The notes under the pieces are model-generated. The model was given only the letters and a program-made list of their open reading frames with translations, did no database searches and was not told the origin of the DNA. From Vicinamibacteria bacterium (lineage in GTDB: Bacteria > Acidobacteriota > Vicinamibacteria > Fen-336), in NCBI GenBank assembly GCA_025994075.1, contig JAMQGV010000015.1:45091-109090 (forward strand): a stretch of 64,000 bases of DNA, read 5' to 3'. Below are positions 25,673 to 38,209 of this stretch, piece after piece; position 1 is the stretch's first letter; each line of letters starts with the position of its first letter. The position numbers and the translations under genes are program-made.

Positions 25673-27097
25673 TCAGTGCGCCGACTTGCGCAGGTTGGAG
25701 GGCGGGATGCGCAGCTCCTCGCGGTACTTCGCGACGGTGCGCCGCGCCAGCGGCACGCCCTCCGCCTGCAGCAGCTCGGCGATCCGCGAGTCGGAGAGCG
25801 GGTGCTGCGCGTCTTCGCCTTCGATCATCTTGCGGATGCGGTCCTTGATCGTGACCGAGCTGACCGACTCGCCCATCGACGAGGTGATGCCGCTGTGGAA
25901 GAAGAAGCGCATCTCGTACACGCCGCGCGGCGTGTGCATGTACTTGTTGGCCACCACGCGAGACACGGTCGACTCGTGCATCCCGATGTCGTTGGCGACG
26001 TCGCGCAGCACCAGCGGCCGCAGGTGCTCGATGCCGCGGTCGAGGAAGCCGCGCTGGTGGCGCACGATCGACTCGGCCACCCGGAAGATCGTGCGCTGGC
26101 GCTGGTCGACGCTCTTCAGGAGCCACAGCGCGCTGCGCAGCTTGTCCTTGACGTAGGCGCGGGTCTGCTCGGAGCCCGGCTCCTTGTCGTCGAGCATGCG
26201 GCGGTACGTCGGGCTGATCCGCAGGCGGGGCAGGCCCTCGTTGTTCAGTTCGATGCGGTATTCGTCGGCGTCCTTGATCACGAAGACGTCCGGCGTGACG
26301 TAGGCCGCGTCCTGGGGCGAGTAGCGCAGCCCGGGCTTCGGGTCGAGCCGCTGGATGATCTCCAGGTGGTGGGCGACCTCGTCCTGGGTCAGGTTCATCG
26401 CCCGCGAGATCTCGGAGTACTGGTGGGTCTGGAGCTGCTTCAGGTGGTCGCGGACGATCAGGTCCGTGACCGAGCCCTCGAGGTGCAGGGCGCGGAGCTG
26501 CAGCCGCAGGCACTCGCCGATGTCGCGGGCGGCCACTCCCGCCGGGTCGAGCTGCTGCACGATCGAGAGCGCGCGAAGGACCTCCTCCGCGGGGTACGGG
26601 CCCATGTTGGCGATGTCCTCGAGCGAGACGCGCAGCATGCCGTCCTCGTCGAGGCTGTCGATGATCTTCTCGGCGATCTCGACCAGCAGGTCGTCGGAGA
26701 CCGAGAGCACGAGCTGCCACTTGAGGTGGTCGTAGAGGTTGGTGGCCGCGGTCAGCGTGTTCTCGATCGGCGGCGCCTCGGGGATCTCGGTGCCGCGCGT
26801 GCGCCGCTGCTCGCGGTCGGCCTCGGCGTACTCCTCGAAGAACTTCTCGACGTCGATCTGCTCGAGCGGGTCGTCGGCCTTGGGCTTCTCCTCGGCCTCG
26901 GCGACGGCCTCCTCGGGCGACGGCGGCTCGGCCGGCGCCTCCTCGAGCAGCGGGTTCTCCATCACCTCCTGCTCGAGGACCTCGGCCAGTTCCAGGGTGG
27001 TGAGGGGCAGCAGCTTGATCGCCTGCTGCAGCGACGGCGTGAGCACGAGCCGCTGCGAGAGGCGGGCCTGCAGTCCCAGCTTCTGTTGAATCGCCAA
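25673..27097 (-). CDS. rpoN: RNA polymerase sigma-54 factor
   Basis: 474 aa. It has the N-terminal region I (QKLGLQARLSQRLVLTPSLQQAIKLL) and the C-terminal RpoN box ARRTVAKYRE. Confidence 0.93.
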   Translation of the reverse strand: MAIQQKLGLQARLSQRLVLTPSLQQAIKLLPLTTLELAEVLEQEVMENPLLEEAPAEPPSPEEAVAEAEEKPKADDPLEQIDVEKFFEEYAEADREQRRTRGTEIPEAPPIENTLTAATNLYDHLKWQLVLSVSDDLLVEIAEKIIDSLDEDGMLRVSLEDIANMGPYPAEEVLRALSIVQQLDPAGVAARDIGECLRLQLRALHLEGSVTDLIVRDHLKQLQTHQYSEISRAMNLTQDEVAHHLEIIQRLDPKPGLRYSPQDAAYVTPDVFVIKDADEYRIELNNEGLPRLRISPTYRRMLDDKEPGSEQTRAYVKDKLRSALWLLKSVDQRQRTIFRVAESIVRHQRGFLDRGIEHLRPLVLRDVANDIGMHESTVSRVVANKYMHTPRGVYEMRFFFHSGITSSMGESVSSVTIKDRIRKMIEGEDAQHPLSDSRIAELLQAEGVPLARRTVAKYREELRIPPSNLRKSAH

Positions 27098-27106
27098 GGG
27101 TCGGTC

Positions 27107-27859
27107 CTAAGCTCCCGCCGGCGGCAACCCCGGGGCGTCGAGGCGGAAGCCCTCGCCCAGGTAGACCCGCCGAACTTCTTCGTCTCCGGCGAGCGCCTCG
27201 GGCGTACCCGCGCGGAACACTTCGCCGTCCCGAAGAATATAGGCGCGGTCCGTGATCTTCAACGTCTCGCGCACGTTGTGGTCGGTGATCAGGACGCCGA
27301 TCCCGCGCTCCTTGAGGTGGCCGATGATCTTCTGGATGTCGATCACGGCGATCGGGTCGATGCCCGCGAACGGCTCGTCCAGCAGGATGAACGAGGGCTC
27401 GGTCGCCAGCGCCCGCGCGATCTCGAGCCGGCGCCGCTCGCCGCCCGACAGGGTGTCGGCCCGCTGCCGGGCGAGGCCCTGGATGCCCAGCTCTTCCAGC
27501 AGCTCGCGGGTGCGTTGCCGGCTCTCGCCCTGCGGCTCGCCGAGCGCCTCGAGGATCGCCAGCACGTTGTCCTGCACGGACATCTTCCGGAAGACGCTGG
27601 CCTCCTGCGGCAGGTAGCCGATGCCCGCCCGGGCCCTCTCGTACATCGGCAGGTCGGTGATGTCGTCCTCGCCGAGCGTGACGCTGCCGCCATCGGGACG
27701 GGCCAGGCCGACGACCATGTAGAAGGTCGTGGTCTTCCCCGCCCCGTTCGGGCCGAGCAGCCCGACGACCTCGCCTTCCTGGATGTGGAGGTCGACGCTG
27801 CGCACGACGGTGCGGCGTCCGTAGCTCTTGGTCAGCCCGCGGGCGTCGAGGGTCTTCAT
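27107..27859 (-). CDS. lptB: LPS export ABC transporter ATP-binding protein LptB
   Basis: 250 aa. It has Walker A ([10 protein letters not shown]), the signature [15 protein letters not shown], and Walker B ([12 protein letters not shown]). It sits in the canonical lptA-lptB-rpoN position. Confidence 0.9.
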   Translation of the reverse strand: MKTLDARGLTKSYGRRTVVRSVDLHIQEGEVVGLLGPNGAGKTTTFYMVVGLARPDGGSVTLGEDDITDLPMYERARAGIGYLPQEASVFRKMSVQDNVLAILEALGEPQGESRQRTRELLEELGIQGLARQRADTLSGGERRRLEIARALATEPSFILLDEPFAGIDPIAVIDIQKIIGHLKERGIGVLITDHNVRETLKITDRAYILRDGEVFRAGTPEALAGDEEVRRVYLGEGFRLDAPGLPPAGA

Positions 27860-27899
27860 CGGCCCCCGATGGTAGCCCGGCCCGCCTGATCGCCGGCGC

Positions 27900-29930
27900 T
27901 CACGGGGACCGGGTCGGAGTGGGCGCAGGGGGCGGGGCCGTCCGCCCGGAGAACACGGTCTCCGTTCGCGTCTCCTCGCGGCCGTCGATCAGGATCAGGT
28001 CGTCGCCGACGTGGAAGGTCACGCTGCGGCCTCGGGCAGTGCGGTCGGGGTCCTTGAGCACCACCTCCGGCCCGGTCAGCAGCACCTTGCCGTCCGCAGG
28101 CGTGTAGACGACGCGCGCGCCGTCGGCGACGCGCTGCCCCTGGCGCACGCGAACCGGCTCTCCGGCCTCGAGTCGCTCGAAGCCGCCGCCCGCCGCCTCC
28201 ATCTGGAGCGTCGCCTGCTCGCCCTCCACCTGGATCTCGCCCTGGAGCAGGGAGACCTGGCCGTTGTACACGACCTCCCGCTTGCGCTCGTCGTAGACCA
28301 TCTCGCGCGCCTTGCCCTCGACCTGCGGCGGCGCCGTGCCCTTGCCGTCGCCGCGGGGCGTCATTCGCGAGCGCACCTCGCCCCGCGCGACGAGGCGTCG
28401 CGCTCCGCCCTCCGGCTGGTGGATCTCGATCTGCTCGGCCTCCAGCAAGTCGGCGCCCGCGCGCAGCGTCGCCCCCTCGAGGTAGTGCGCCAGCTGCGCC
28501 CGGGCCCGCCACGCGAAGCGCTGGGCGGTCACCACCGTCGCTTCGCCGGGGGCTCCCAGCAGGCCGGCCGGACCGCCTTCTAGCTGGCGATAGACGTGGC
28601 GGACGCTGCCTCGCGCAGCGACGTCGCCGCCGCGCGGGGCGACATCGATGTCGCGGGCCAGCAGTTCCGTGCCGCGCGCCTCGTCCCACAGCCGCGGAGA
28701 CTCGCGCAGCGCCAGCACGTCGTCCGCGGCGACGAAGGTCGCCCGCTGGCCGCTGGCGCGCTGGCTGCCGCGGGTGAAGACCACGTCGCGATGGAACTCC
28801 GCGCTGGTCGGCTCCCCCGTCTCGGGCGAGATCTGCGCCTCGAAGCGCCGGCAGGTGATCAGGGCCGGCGCCGCCCCGCGCGCGAGCGGCTCCAGCGCGA
28901 GCGAACTCCCCTGCAGGCCCGCCAGGGCTGCGAGCTGTCCGCTCGCGTCGAAGTCGAGGGTCAGCGTCTCGGCCTTCAGCCGGCGCCGCTCGGGCCGCTC
29001 GCCAGGGGCCGGCTCCATGACCAGCTCGGCCTCCTGGGTGGCGATCGCCTGCTTGAGCGCGCGGTTCTCGCCGAACCACAGGTCGAGCTTGCGGCCGCGC
29101 AGCTCGCGCGGCCCTGCCGCTCGGCCGGCCCCGCCGCCCGGCAGGAAGCCGCCGCCGCGGGCGCGCAGCTCGAAGCCCTCGGAGAACTGGGCGCGGAACA
29201 CCTGCAGCGCGTCGTTCAGGTCCAGCTTGAGGACCCCCGCGGTCAGCCGCGAGCCGTCGGCGCGGTCCACCACGACGTTGCCGACCACGCGGAGCTGGCC
29301 CTCCTCGCGCGCGTAGACGCCGCGATCGCCGCGCACGTCGAGGCCGGGCACGTCCGGGTCGCGCATCACGATGTGGACGTCGGCGTCGAGCTCGAGGCGA
29401 TCGGAAGCCGCGTCGTAGAGAAAGCCGGTCGAGCTGCCCGAGAAGTCCTTGCGCCGGAAGCGCGCCGGGCCCTCCGTGCGCGCGAGCTGCTTGTCGCCGC
29501 GGTAGACGAGGTGGTCGGACTCGAGCCGGAAGCCGTCGTCGGTGACCAGCACGACGTCCCCGCGGAAGATCGCGCGCGGCTGCGCGGGATCGACGGTCGC
29601 CTCCCGGGCCGAGATCGTCCCCCGCCCGCGCTGGCCCCGCGCCACGTAGCCGAACGAGACCCGGGCTCCCTTGAGCCGGGCGTCCTCGCCCTCCTTGCCG
29701 ACCCACTCGCCGGCTTCGACCTGGATTCCGGACTGCTCCCCCTTCAGGACCTCGTGCTGCACCTGGTCCAGCCGCTGGGTGCCGGGGGAGGACTGCGCGA
29801 GCGGCGTCGCCCCGGGGGTCGGACCGGGGTCCTCGGGCCGCGGCCGCAGCGAGGCGACCACGGCCACGCCCACGGCCACCGCGACGACCAGGAAGGCGCC
29901 GCGCAGGCGGCGCAGCCCGCCACGCCTCAT
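27900..29930 (-). CDS. Membrane-anchored multi-domain LptC/LptA (OstA-like) family protein
   Basis: 676 aa. It has one N-terminal TM helix ([17 protein letters not shown]). Repeated OstA-like strands then recur along the whole length: [109 protein letters not shown]. It occupies the lptC-lptA slot upstream of lptB. Confidence 0.65.
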   Translation of the reverse strand: MRRGGLRRLRGAFLVVAVAVGVAVVASLRPRPEDPGPTPGATPLAQSSPGTQRLDQVQHEVLKGEQSGIQVEAGEWVGKEGEDARLKGARVSFGYVARGQRGRGTISAREATVDPAQPRAIFRGDVVLVTDDGFRLESDHLVYRGDKQLARTEGPARFRRKDFSGSSTGFLYDAASDRLELDADVHIVMRDPDVPGLDVRGDRGVYAREEGQLRVVGNVVVDRADGSRLTAGVLKLDLNDALQVFRAQFSEGFELRARGGGFLPGGGAGRAAGPRELRGRKLDLWFGENRALKQAIATQEAELVMEPAPGERPERRRLKAETLTLDFDASGQLAALAGLQGSSLALEPLARGAAPALITCRRFEAQISPETGEPTSAEFHRDVVFTRGSQRASGQRATFVAADDVLALRESPRLWDEARGTELLARDIDVAPRGGDVAARGSVRHVYRQLEGGPAGLLGAPGEATVVTAQRFAWRARAQLAHYLEGATLRAGADLLEAEQIEIHQPEGGARRLVARGEVRSRMTPRGDGKGTAPPQVEGKAREMVYDERKREVVYNGQVSLLQGEIQVEGEQATLQMEAAGGGFERLEAGEPVRVRQGQRVADGARVVYTPADGKVLLTGPEVVLKDPDRTARGRSVTFHVGDDLILIDGREETRTETVFSGRTAPPPAPTPTRSP

Positions 29931-31162
29931 GCGAGCGGCAGCCCGGCGACCAGCCGGTACGCGTCGCGGGCGATCAGCAGCTCCTCGTTGGTCGGGATCA
30001 CGGCGACGGCCACGGGCGCGCCCTCGGGCGAGATGCGCGCCTCGACCCCGTTGGCGGCGGCATTGCGCTCCGGGTCGACGCGGAGTCCCAGGCCCTCGAG
30101 GCCGTGCAGGGCGCGCTCGCGGATCCCCGCGGCGTTCTCGCCGATGCCGCCGGCGAAGGCCAGCGCGTCGAGCCCGCCGAGCGCCGCGGCGTAGGCGCCC
30201 ACGTACTTGCGCAGCCGGTAGCAGAACACGTCGATCGCGAGCTTCGCGCGCGGGTTGCCCTGGGCCTCGGCCTCGAGCAGGGCCCGCATGTCGTTCGAGA
30301 CGCCCGACAGCCCCAGCAGCCCGGAGTGCTTGTTGAGCAGCGCCTGGGCCTCGCGCTCGCCCAGTTCCTCCTTGCGCATGACGTGCAGCGCGGCGGCCGC
30401 GTCGAGGTCCCCGGAGCGGGTGCCCATCAGCAGGCCCTCGAGCGGGGTGAAGCCCATCGAGGTGTCGACCGAGCGGCCGCCCCGGATCGCAGTGATGGAG
30501 CAGCCGTTGCCGAGGTGACAGGTGATCACCCGCAGCGCGGGGTCGCCCTCGCGGCCGACGTGGCGGGCCAGGCGGGCCGAGACGTACCGATGCGAGGTGC
30601 CGTGGAAGCCGTAGCGGCGGATGCCGTGCCGCTCGTACAGCACGTAGGGCAGCCCGTACAGGTACGCCTCGGGCGCGAGCGTCTGGTGGAAGGACGTGTC
30701 GAACACCGCCGCCTGCGGCGCCGCCGGCAGCGCCTCGCGGGCCGCGCGGTAGCCCTTGACGTTCGGCGGGTTGTGCAGCGGGGCGATGTCGAAGCAGGAC
30801 TCGATCGCGCGCAGCACCTCGTCGTCGATCAGGACGCTGGCGTGGAACCGCTCGCCGCCGTGCACCACGCGGTGGCCGACGGCGCCGATCTCCGCGGGGT
30901 CGGCGAGCACGCCGGCCTCCGGCCGGGTCAGCAGGTCGAGCGCCCGCGAGACCGCCGCCTTGTGGTCGAGCACCTCGGCCGTCTCGCGCAGCGTCGTGCC
31001 CCGCGACGGCAGCTCGACCTTGAGCACGGCCTCCGAGCCGATGTTGTCGACGATGCCGCGGGCCAGCGCGACGTCTTCGTCGCGCGCGATCTTCTGCTCG
31101 TCCGTCTCGATGAGCTGGAACTTGAGGCTCGAGGAACCGCAGTTGAGGACCAGCACCTTCAT
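29927..31162 (-). CDS. ackA: Acetate kinase
   Basis: It starts MKVLVLNCGSSSLKFQL and carries GHRVVHGG and YGFHGTSH. The ATG at 31162 overlaps the hbd stop (ATGA). The track ORF extends 40 codons further upstream through an Arg/Pro-rich stretch. Confidence 0.9.
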   Translation of the reverse strand: MKVLVLNCGSSSLKFQLIETDEQKIARDEDVALARGIVDNIGSEAVLKVELPSRGTTLRETAEVLDHKAAVSRALDLLTRPEAGVLADPAEIGAVGHRVVHGGERFHASVLIDDEVLRAIESCFDIAPLHNPPNVKGYRAAREALPAAPQAAVFDTSFHQTLAPEAYLYGLPYVLYERHGIRRYGFHGTSHRYVSARLARHVGREGDPALRVITCHLGNGCSITAIRGGRSVDTSMGFTPLEGLLMGTRSGDLDAAAALHVMRKEELGEREAQALLNKHSGLLGLSGVSNDMRALLEAEAQGNPRAKLAIDVFCYRLRKYVGAYAAALGGLDALAFAGGIGENAAGIRERALHGLEGLGLRVDPERNAAANGVEARISPEGAPVAVAVIPTNEELLIARDAYRLVAGLPLA

Positions 31163-32055
31163 GACCGGGCTCCCGCCTTCAGGTCGTGGCGCGGCAGGCC
31201 GTCCGCGTCGTACTCGAAGAAGCCGCGGCCCGACTTCACGCCGAGGTGGCCCGCGCGCACCATCTTGCGGATCAGCGGGCACGGCCGGTAGCGGGCCTCG
31301 CCCGTCTCGTGGAACAGGTGCTGCATCCAGCGCAGGAGCTGGTCGAGGCCCATGCGGTCGGCGAGCGTCAGCGGGCCGAACGGCAGCCCGAAGCCCAGCC
31401 GCACCGAGGCGTCGACGTCCTTCGCCGAGGCCACGCCTTCCATCACCACGTGGGCGGCCTCGTTGAGGAACGGCAGGATCACCCGGGTGGTGACGTAGCC
31501 GGGCGACTCGAAGACCTCGATCCCGGTCTTGCCCAGCACCCGCACGAAGTCCATCGCGTGGGCGAAGGTCTCGTCCGAGGTGCGCAGGCCGCGCACGACC
31601 TCGACCAGCGGCACCACGGGCACCGGGTGCAGGAAGTGGAGGCCGACGACGCGGTCCGGCCGCATCGTGCGCGCCGCGATCTCGGTCACCGACAGCGCGG
31701 AGGCGTTGGTGGCCAGGATGTCGTTCGGCGGGCAGCAGGCGTCGAGCTGCTGGAAGATGCCGGTCTTCAGCTCGAGGTCCTCGGACACCGCCTCGACCAC
31801 GAGTTGAGCCGCCTCCAGCGCCTCGATCGCGGCGACGGTGCGGATGCGGGCCAGGATCGCCTTGCGTTCACCGGTCGTGCGGCGCCACTTGGCGATGTCC
31901 TGGTCAAGGGTCTCGCCGATCCCTTCCAGCGCGCGCACGTTCCCGGCCTCGTCGCGATCGCGCAACAGCACGTCGAGGCCCGCGGCGGCGCAGGCGATGG
32001 CGATGCCCTGCCCCATCGTCCCGCCGCCGACGATTCCCACGCAACGCACACTCAC
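31159..32055 (-). CDS. hbd: 3-hydroxyacyl-CoA (3-hydroxybutyryl-CoA) dehydrogenase
   Basis: 298 aa. It has the N-terminal NAD fold VGIVGGGTMGQGIA, then VGLHFLHPVPVVPLVEV, GFGLPFGPL and GRGFFEY. Confidence 0.88.
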   Translation of the reverse strand: MSVRCVGIVGGGTMGQGIAIACAAAGLDVLLRDRDEAGNVRALEGIGETLDQDIAKWRRTTGERKAILARIRTVAAIEALEAAQLVVEAVSEDLELKTGIFQQLDACCPPNDILATNASALSVTEIAARTMRPDRVVGLHFLHPVPVVPLVEVVRGLRTSDETFAHAMDFVRVLGKTGIEVFESPGYVTTRVILPFLNEAAHVVMEGVASAKDVDASVRLGFGLPFGPLTLADRMGLDQLLRWMQHLFHETGEARYRPCPLIRKMVRAGHLGVKSGRGFFEYDADGLPRHDLKAGARS

Positions 32056-32079
32056 GAGCGGCCTCCCGGGCCGTCAGCT

Positions 32080-33045
32080 TCAGACGGCGCGATCGAGGAA
32101 CTCGCGTCCGAGCTGGCCCATCTTGCGGAATTTCTGGTAGCGGGCTTCGATCAGGGCGTCGGGGGACAGCTTGCGCAACTCGGCGAGCTGGCGCTCGAGC
32201 AGCCGTCCCAGGGCGTCGTAGAGGGCCTCGGGATCGGCGTGCGCGCCGCCCGGAGGTTCCGGCACCACCTCGTCCACGACCCCGAACGAAAGCAGGTCGC
32301 GACCGGTGATCTTCATCGCGGTCGCCGCGTCCTCGGCGCGGCCCGCGTCGCGCCACAGGATCGAGGCGCAGCCCTCGGGCGAGATCACGGAATACACGGA
32401 GTGCTCGAGCATGTTGACGCGGTCGCCGACGGCGACGGCCAAGGCGCCGCCGCTGCCCCCCTCGCCGGTGACGGTGACCAGGATCGGGACCGTGAGCCGC
32501 GCCATCTCGCGCAGGTTGCGGGCGATCGCCTCGGCCTGCCCGCGCTCCTCGGCGTCGAGCCCCGGGTAGGCGCCGGGCGTGTCCACGAAGGACAGGATCG
32601 GGCGCCCGAACTTCTCGGCCATCTGCATCGCGCGCAGGGCCTTGCGGTAGCCCTCGGGCTTCGGCATTCCGAAGTTGCGCCGGATCTTCTGCTTGGTGTC
32701 GCGGCCCTTCTGGTGGCCGACGACCACGACCGGCTCGCCGCGGAAGCGGGCCAGGCCGCACACCAGCGCCGGATCGTCGCCGAACAGCCGGTCGCCGTGG
32801 ATCTCGACCCAGTCGGTGCACAGCGCGCCCACGTAGTCGAGCGTGTACGGCCGGCTGGGGTGGCGCGCGACCTGGGTCTTCTGCCACGGGGTCAGCGCCG
32901 CGTACACCTCGCGCCGCTTCTGGTCGAGCTGCTTCTTCACGCGGGCGGCCTCGCGGCTGCGCACGGGATCGCCGGGAAACCGCGCCAGCTCGTCGAGCTG
33001 CTTCTGCAGCTCGGCCAGCGGGGCCTCGAAGTCTTGGTCGGCCAT
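32080..33045 (-). CDS. accA: Acetyl-CoA carboxylase carboxyltransferase subunit alpha
   Basis: 321 aa. It carries [35 protein letters not shown] and [21 protein letters not shown]. Confidence 0.92.
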   Translation of the reverse strand: MADQDFEAPLAELQKQLDELARFPGDPVRSREAARVKKQLDQKRREVYAALTPWQKTQVARHPSRPYTLDYVGALCTDWVEIHGDRLFGDDPALVCGLARFRGEPVVVVGHQKGRDTKQKIRRNFGMPKPEGYRKALRAMQMAEKFGRPILSFVDTPGAYPGLDAEERGQAEAIARNLREMARLTVPILVTVTGEGGSGGALAVAVGDRVNMLEHSVYSVISPEGCASILWRDAGRAEDAATAMKITGRDLLSFGVVDEVVPEPPGGAHADPEALYDALGRLLERQLAELRKLSPDALIEARYQKFRKMGQLGREFLDRAV

Positions 33046-33085
33046 GTCGTTCGTGGTCTCCGAGAAGCTCCCGGGGAGCCGCCCT

Positions 33086-36000
33086 TCAGGCGGCGCCCTC
33101 GGCCCGCTCCGCCCGGCCCGCCAGCACCAGGGCTCCCTTGCCCAGCAGGCCCTCGACCTCGTCCCGCAGCACCGGGTCCGGGCGGACGCGGTAGTAGGCG
33201 TTCGGCACCACCGCCACCGTCCAGCTCCCCGGGCGCAGCAGCTCGAGGGTCACCGGGCACTCGCCCCGGTGCGCGTCGAGTATATCGCGCAGCCTCTCGC
33301 CCCTCTCCCGGTCCCAGTTCGCGGCCGGGACCCGGATCGTGACCGATCGCGCGCCGCTCAGCCGCGCCTTCTCGAGCGGGATCACCTCGGACGCCACCAG
33401 GCGGGTCTTGCCCTCGTCCTGCGGCTCGGCCTTGCCGCGCACCAGCACCACGGCGTCGTCGGCCAGCTCCGCGGCCACCTTCTTGTAGGTCTCGGGGAAG
33501 ACCAGGACCTCGGTGACGCCGCCGAGGTCCTCGAGCTGGAAGACGGCCATGCGGTCGCCCTTGCGGGTCTTCAGCGGGCGCAGGCCGGTGATCAGCCCGC
33601 CGGCCGCCACCTCGCGCGTCTCCCGCAACGCGGCCATCGCGGCAGAGTCGGCGTTCGCCACCTGCGCGAGCTCGCCCCGGAAGCGCTCCAGCGGGTGGCC
33701 GCTGATGAAGAACCCGAGCGACTCCTTCTCGAAGCCCAGCCGCTCGCTCTCCGGCCAGTCGGGCACGTCGGGCAGCCGCTCCGCCGGGGCCGCCGTGCCG
33801 GCGCCCGCGCCCGGCGCCAGCAGCGCGCCGAACAGGCTGGCCTGGCCCGCCTCGCGATCCCGCTGCTTCTTCTGCCCCGCCTCGGTCGCCCGCTCGATCG
33901 CCGCGAACAGCGCCGCGCGGCGGCGCTCCAGCGAGTCGAAGCTGCCGCTCTTGACGTAGCTCTCGATCACCCGCCGGTTGATCGCCTTGAGGTCGACGCG
34001 CTCGCAGAACTCGAACAGCGAAGAGAAGCGCCCGCCTTCGCGGCGCGCGGCCAGCGTCGCCTCGACCGCGCCTTCGCCGACGTTCTTGATGGCCGCCAGC
34101 CCGAAGCGGATGGCGCCGCTCGCCACGGTGAAGTAGAGGTCGGACTCGTTGACGTCGGGCGGCAGCACCTGCAGGTCCATCTCGCGGCAGGAGCCGATGT
34201 ACTCGACGAGCTTCTCGGTGTTGGCGCGCTCCGAGGTCAGCAGCGCGGCCATGAAGTAGGCGGGATAGTTCGCCTTGAACCAGCCCGTCTGGTAGGCGAC
34301 CCAGGCGTAGGCCGCCGAGTGCGACTTGTTGAAGCCGTACCCGGCGAACTGCTCCATGTGGTCCCAGATCTTCTTCGCCTTCTTCTCGTTGACTCCGTGC
34401 GCGGCGCAGCCCTCGAGGAACTTCTGCATCTGGGCGGCCATCACGTCGGCCTTCTTCTTGCCCATCGCCTTGCGCAGGATGTCGGCCTCGCCCAGCGAGT
34501 AGCCGGCCAGCGCCGAGGCGATCTGCATGACCTGTTCCTGGTAGACCATGACGCCGTAGGTCCCGGACAGGATCGGCTCCAGCGAGGGGTGGTCGTAGAC
34601 GACCTTCGTCTGGCCGTGGCGGCGCTTGATGAAGTCGTCGATCATCGCCATCGGCCCGGGCCGGTACAGCGCGTTGAGGGCGGTCAGGTGCTCCAGGCGG
34701 TCGGGCCTGAAGCGCTTCAGGATGTCCCGCATGCCCTCGGACTCGAACTGGAACAGGCCCGAGGTCTTGCCCGCGGCGAACAGCTCGTAGGTCTTCGCGT
34801 CGTCGAGCGGCAGGTGGTCGGGGTCGACGCGCACGCCGGTCTGGGCCTCGATCATCTTCACGCAGTTGTCGATCAGCGTGAGCGTGCGCAGTCCCAGGAA
34901 GTCCATCTTGAGGAGGCCGATCCGCTCGACCCCCTTCATGTCGTACTGGGTGGTGAGGTCGCCGCCCTTGAACGAGGCGAGCGGCACCAGCTCCATCAGC
35001 GGCCTGGGCGAGATCACGACGCCAGCCGCGTGGGTGGAGGCGTGACGGGTCGTGCCCTCGAGCCGCCGCGAGACGTCGATCAGCTCCTTGACCTTCGGGT
35101 CGTGTTCGTAGGCGTCCTTGAGCGGCGGCGACTCCTCGAGCGCCTTGTCGAGCGTCATCCCGAGATCGCCCGGGATCATCTTGGCGATCTTGTCGGCGTC
35201 GGCGTACGGCAGGTCCATCACCCGCGCGACGTCGCGCACGACGGCCTTCGCCTTCATCGTCCCGAAGGTGATGATCTGCGCCACGTTCTCGCGCCCGTAC
35301 TTGCGGGTGACGTACTCGATCACCTCGCCGCGGCGGTTCTCGCAGAAGTCGATGTCGATGTCGGGGGGGCTGATCCGTTCCTCGTTGAGGAAGCGCTCGA
35401 AGATCAGGTCGTACTCGATCGGGTCGATGTCCGTGATCCGCATCGAGTACGCCACCAGCGACCCGGCCGCCGAGCCGCGGCCCGGGCCGACCGGGATGCC
35501 GCGCTCCTTGGCGTAACGGATGAAGTCCCAGACGATCAGGAAGTACCCGGAGAAGCCGACCCGGCGGATGACGCCGATCTCCTTGTCGAGCCGCGCCTCG
35601 TAGACCGCCCGGGCGTAGCGCAGGCGCCCGGCGTCGGCGAGCGGGCCCAGCGCCTTCCAGCGGTCCTCGAACCCGTCGCGGCAGACCTTCTCGAAGTAGG
35701 TCTCGATCGTGTAGCCCGGCGGCACCTCGAAGCGCGGCAGCTCGTTGACGGCCTGCAGCGTGAAGTCGCACATGTCCGCGATCTTCACGGTGTTGGAGAT
35801 GGCCTCCGGATGGTCCGGGAACAGGGCGGCCATCTCGTCGCCGCTCTTCAGGTAGAATTCGTGGGTGTCGAAGCGGAGGCGCTCGCGGTCCGCGACCTTC
35901 TTGCCGGAGCCGATGCAGACCAGCACGTCGTGGGCGTGGTGGTCGCTGTTGCGCAGGTAGTGGGCGTCGTTGGTCGCCACCAGCCCCAGCCCGGTGCGGT

Positions 36001-36586
36001 CCTTCATCCGCAGCAGCGCGCGGTTGACCTGGCGCTGCTCCTCGATGCCGTGGTCCATCACCTCGAGGTAGAAGCGGTCCTTGCCGAACATGTCGCTGAA
36101 CTGTCCGATCAGCTCCAGCGCCCGCGGCTCGTTCCCGTTGCGGATCTGGCGCGAGATCTCGGAGGACAGGCAGCCGGACAGCCCGATCAGCCCCTCGGCG
36201 TGCTTCGCCAGCAGGTCCTTGTCGATCCGGGGCCGGTAGTAGAAGCCCTCGGTGTAGCCGAGCGACACCAGCCGGACGAGGTTGTGGTACCCGGCGTCGC
36301 TGGTGGCCAGCAGCGTCAGGTGGTTGTAGGCGTCCTCGATGTCGCCGCCGCTGCGGTCGAAGCGGGTCTTGGGCGCGACGTAGATCTCGCAGCCGATGAT
36401 CGGCTTGACGCCCTTGCCGCGGGCCGCGTCGTGGAAGGCGACCGCCCCGAACATGTTGCCGTGGTCGGTGATCGCCAGTGACTTCTGGCCGAGCTTGGCG
36501 GCTTCTCCGACCAGCTCGTCGATGCGGTTGGCGCCGTCGAGCAGGCTGTACTCGGTGTGCAGGTGGAGGTGGACGAAGTCCTTCAC
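33086..36586 (-). CDS. dnaE: DNA polymerase III alpha subunit
   Basis: 1166 aa. It has the PHP domain start [16 protein letters not shown], the polymerase core motifs ([20 protein letters not shown]) and an OB fold. The GTG start lies 1 nt after the guaA stop. Confidence 0.95.
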   Translation of the reverse strand: MKDFVHLHLHTEYSLLDGANRIDELVGEAAKLGQKSLAITDHGNMFGAVAFHDAARGKGVKPIIGCEIYVAPKTRFDRSGGDIEDAYNHLTLLATSDAGYHNLVRLVSLGYTEGFYYRPRIDKDLLAKHAEGLIGLSGCLSSEISRQIRNGNEPRALELIGQFSDMFGKDRFYLEVMDHGIEEQRQVNRALLRMKDRTGLGLVATNDAHYLRNSDHHAHDVLVCIGSGKKVADRERLRFDTHEFYLKSGDEMAALFPDHPEAISNTVKIADMCDFTLQAVNELPRFEVPPGYTIETYFEKVCRDGFEDRWKALGPLADAGRLRYARAVYEARLDKEIGVIRRVGFSGYFLIVWDFIRYAKERGIPVGPGRGSAAGSLVAYSMRITDIDPIEYDLIFERFLNEERISPPDIDIDFCENRRGEVIEYVTRKYGRENVAQIITFGTMKAKAVVRDVARVMDLPYADADKIAKMIPGDLGMTLDKALEESPPLKDAYEHDPKVKELIDVSRRLEGTTRHASTHAAGVVISPRPLMELVPLASFKGGDLTTQYDMKGVERIGLLKMDFLGLRTLTLIDNCVKMIEAQTGVRVDPDHLPLDDAKTYELFAAGKTSGLFQFESEGMRDILKRFRPDRLEHLTALNALYRPGPMAMIDDFIKRRHGQTKVVYDHPSLEPILSGTYGVMVYQEQVMQIASALAGYSLGEADILRKAMGKKKADVMAAQMQKFLEGCAAHGVNEKKAKKIWDHMEQFAGYGFNKSHSAAYAWVAYQTGWFKANYPAYFMAALLTSERANTEKLVEYIGSCREMDLQVLPPDVNESDLYFTVASGAIRFGLAAIKNVGEGAVEATLAARREGGRFSSLFEFCERVDLKAINRRVIESYVKSGSFDSLERRRAALFAAIERATEAGQKKQRDREAGQASLFGALLAPGAGAGTAAPAERLPDVPDWPESERLGFEKESLGFFISGHPLERFRGELAQVANADSAAMAALRETREVAAGGLITGLRPLKTRKGDRMAVFQLEDLGGVTEVLVFPETYKKVAAELADDAVVLVRGKAEPQDEGKTRLVASEVIPLEKARLSGARSVTIRVPAANWDRERGERLRDILDAHRGECPVTLELLRPGSWTVAVVPNAYYRVRPDPVLRDEVEGLLGKGALVLAGRAERAEGAA

Positions 36587-36587
36587 T

Positions 36588-38123
<1,536 letters not shown>

Positions 38124-38148
38124 CGGGAGGGCCACCTCGGGGAGCGCG

Positions 38149-38154
38149 ATTATA
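38149..38154 (-). promoter_or_regulatory. Candidate -10 hexamer TATAAT for guaA
   Basis: The minus strand reads GGGGATATAATCGCG, 26-31 nt upstream of the guaA ATG. I recognised no good -35. Confidence 0.3.
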
Positions 38155-38209
38155 TCCCCCACCCCTTGGGCCGGCCGTCCCCGAGAGCCCGTGATAGAGT
38201 GCCTGTCGC

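Noticed and set aside
32843-36481. ORFs 32843..36481 (plus, 1212 aa) and 32937..35771 (minus, 944 aa) across dnaE and accA
   Set aside because: They are antisense or off-frame to dnaE and accA, which are both strongly supported. Their composition is the usual Arg/Gly/Asp/Leu-rich high-GC artefact.
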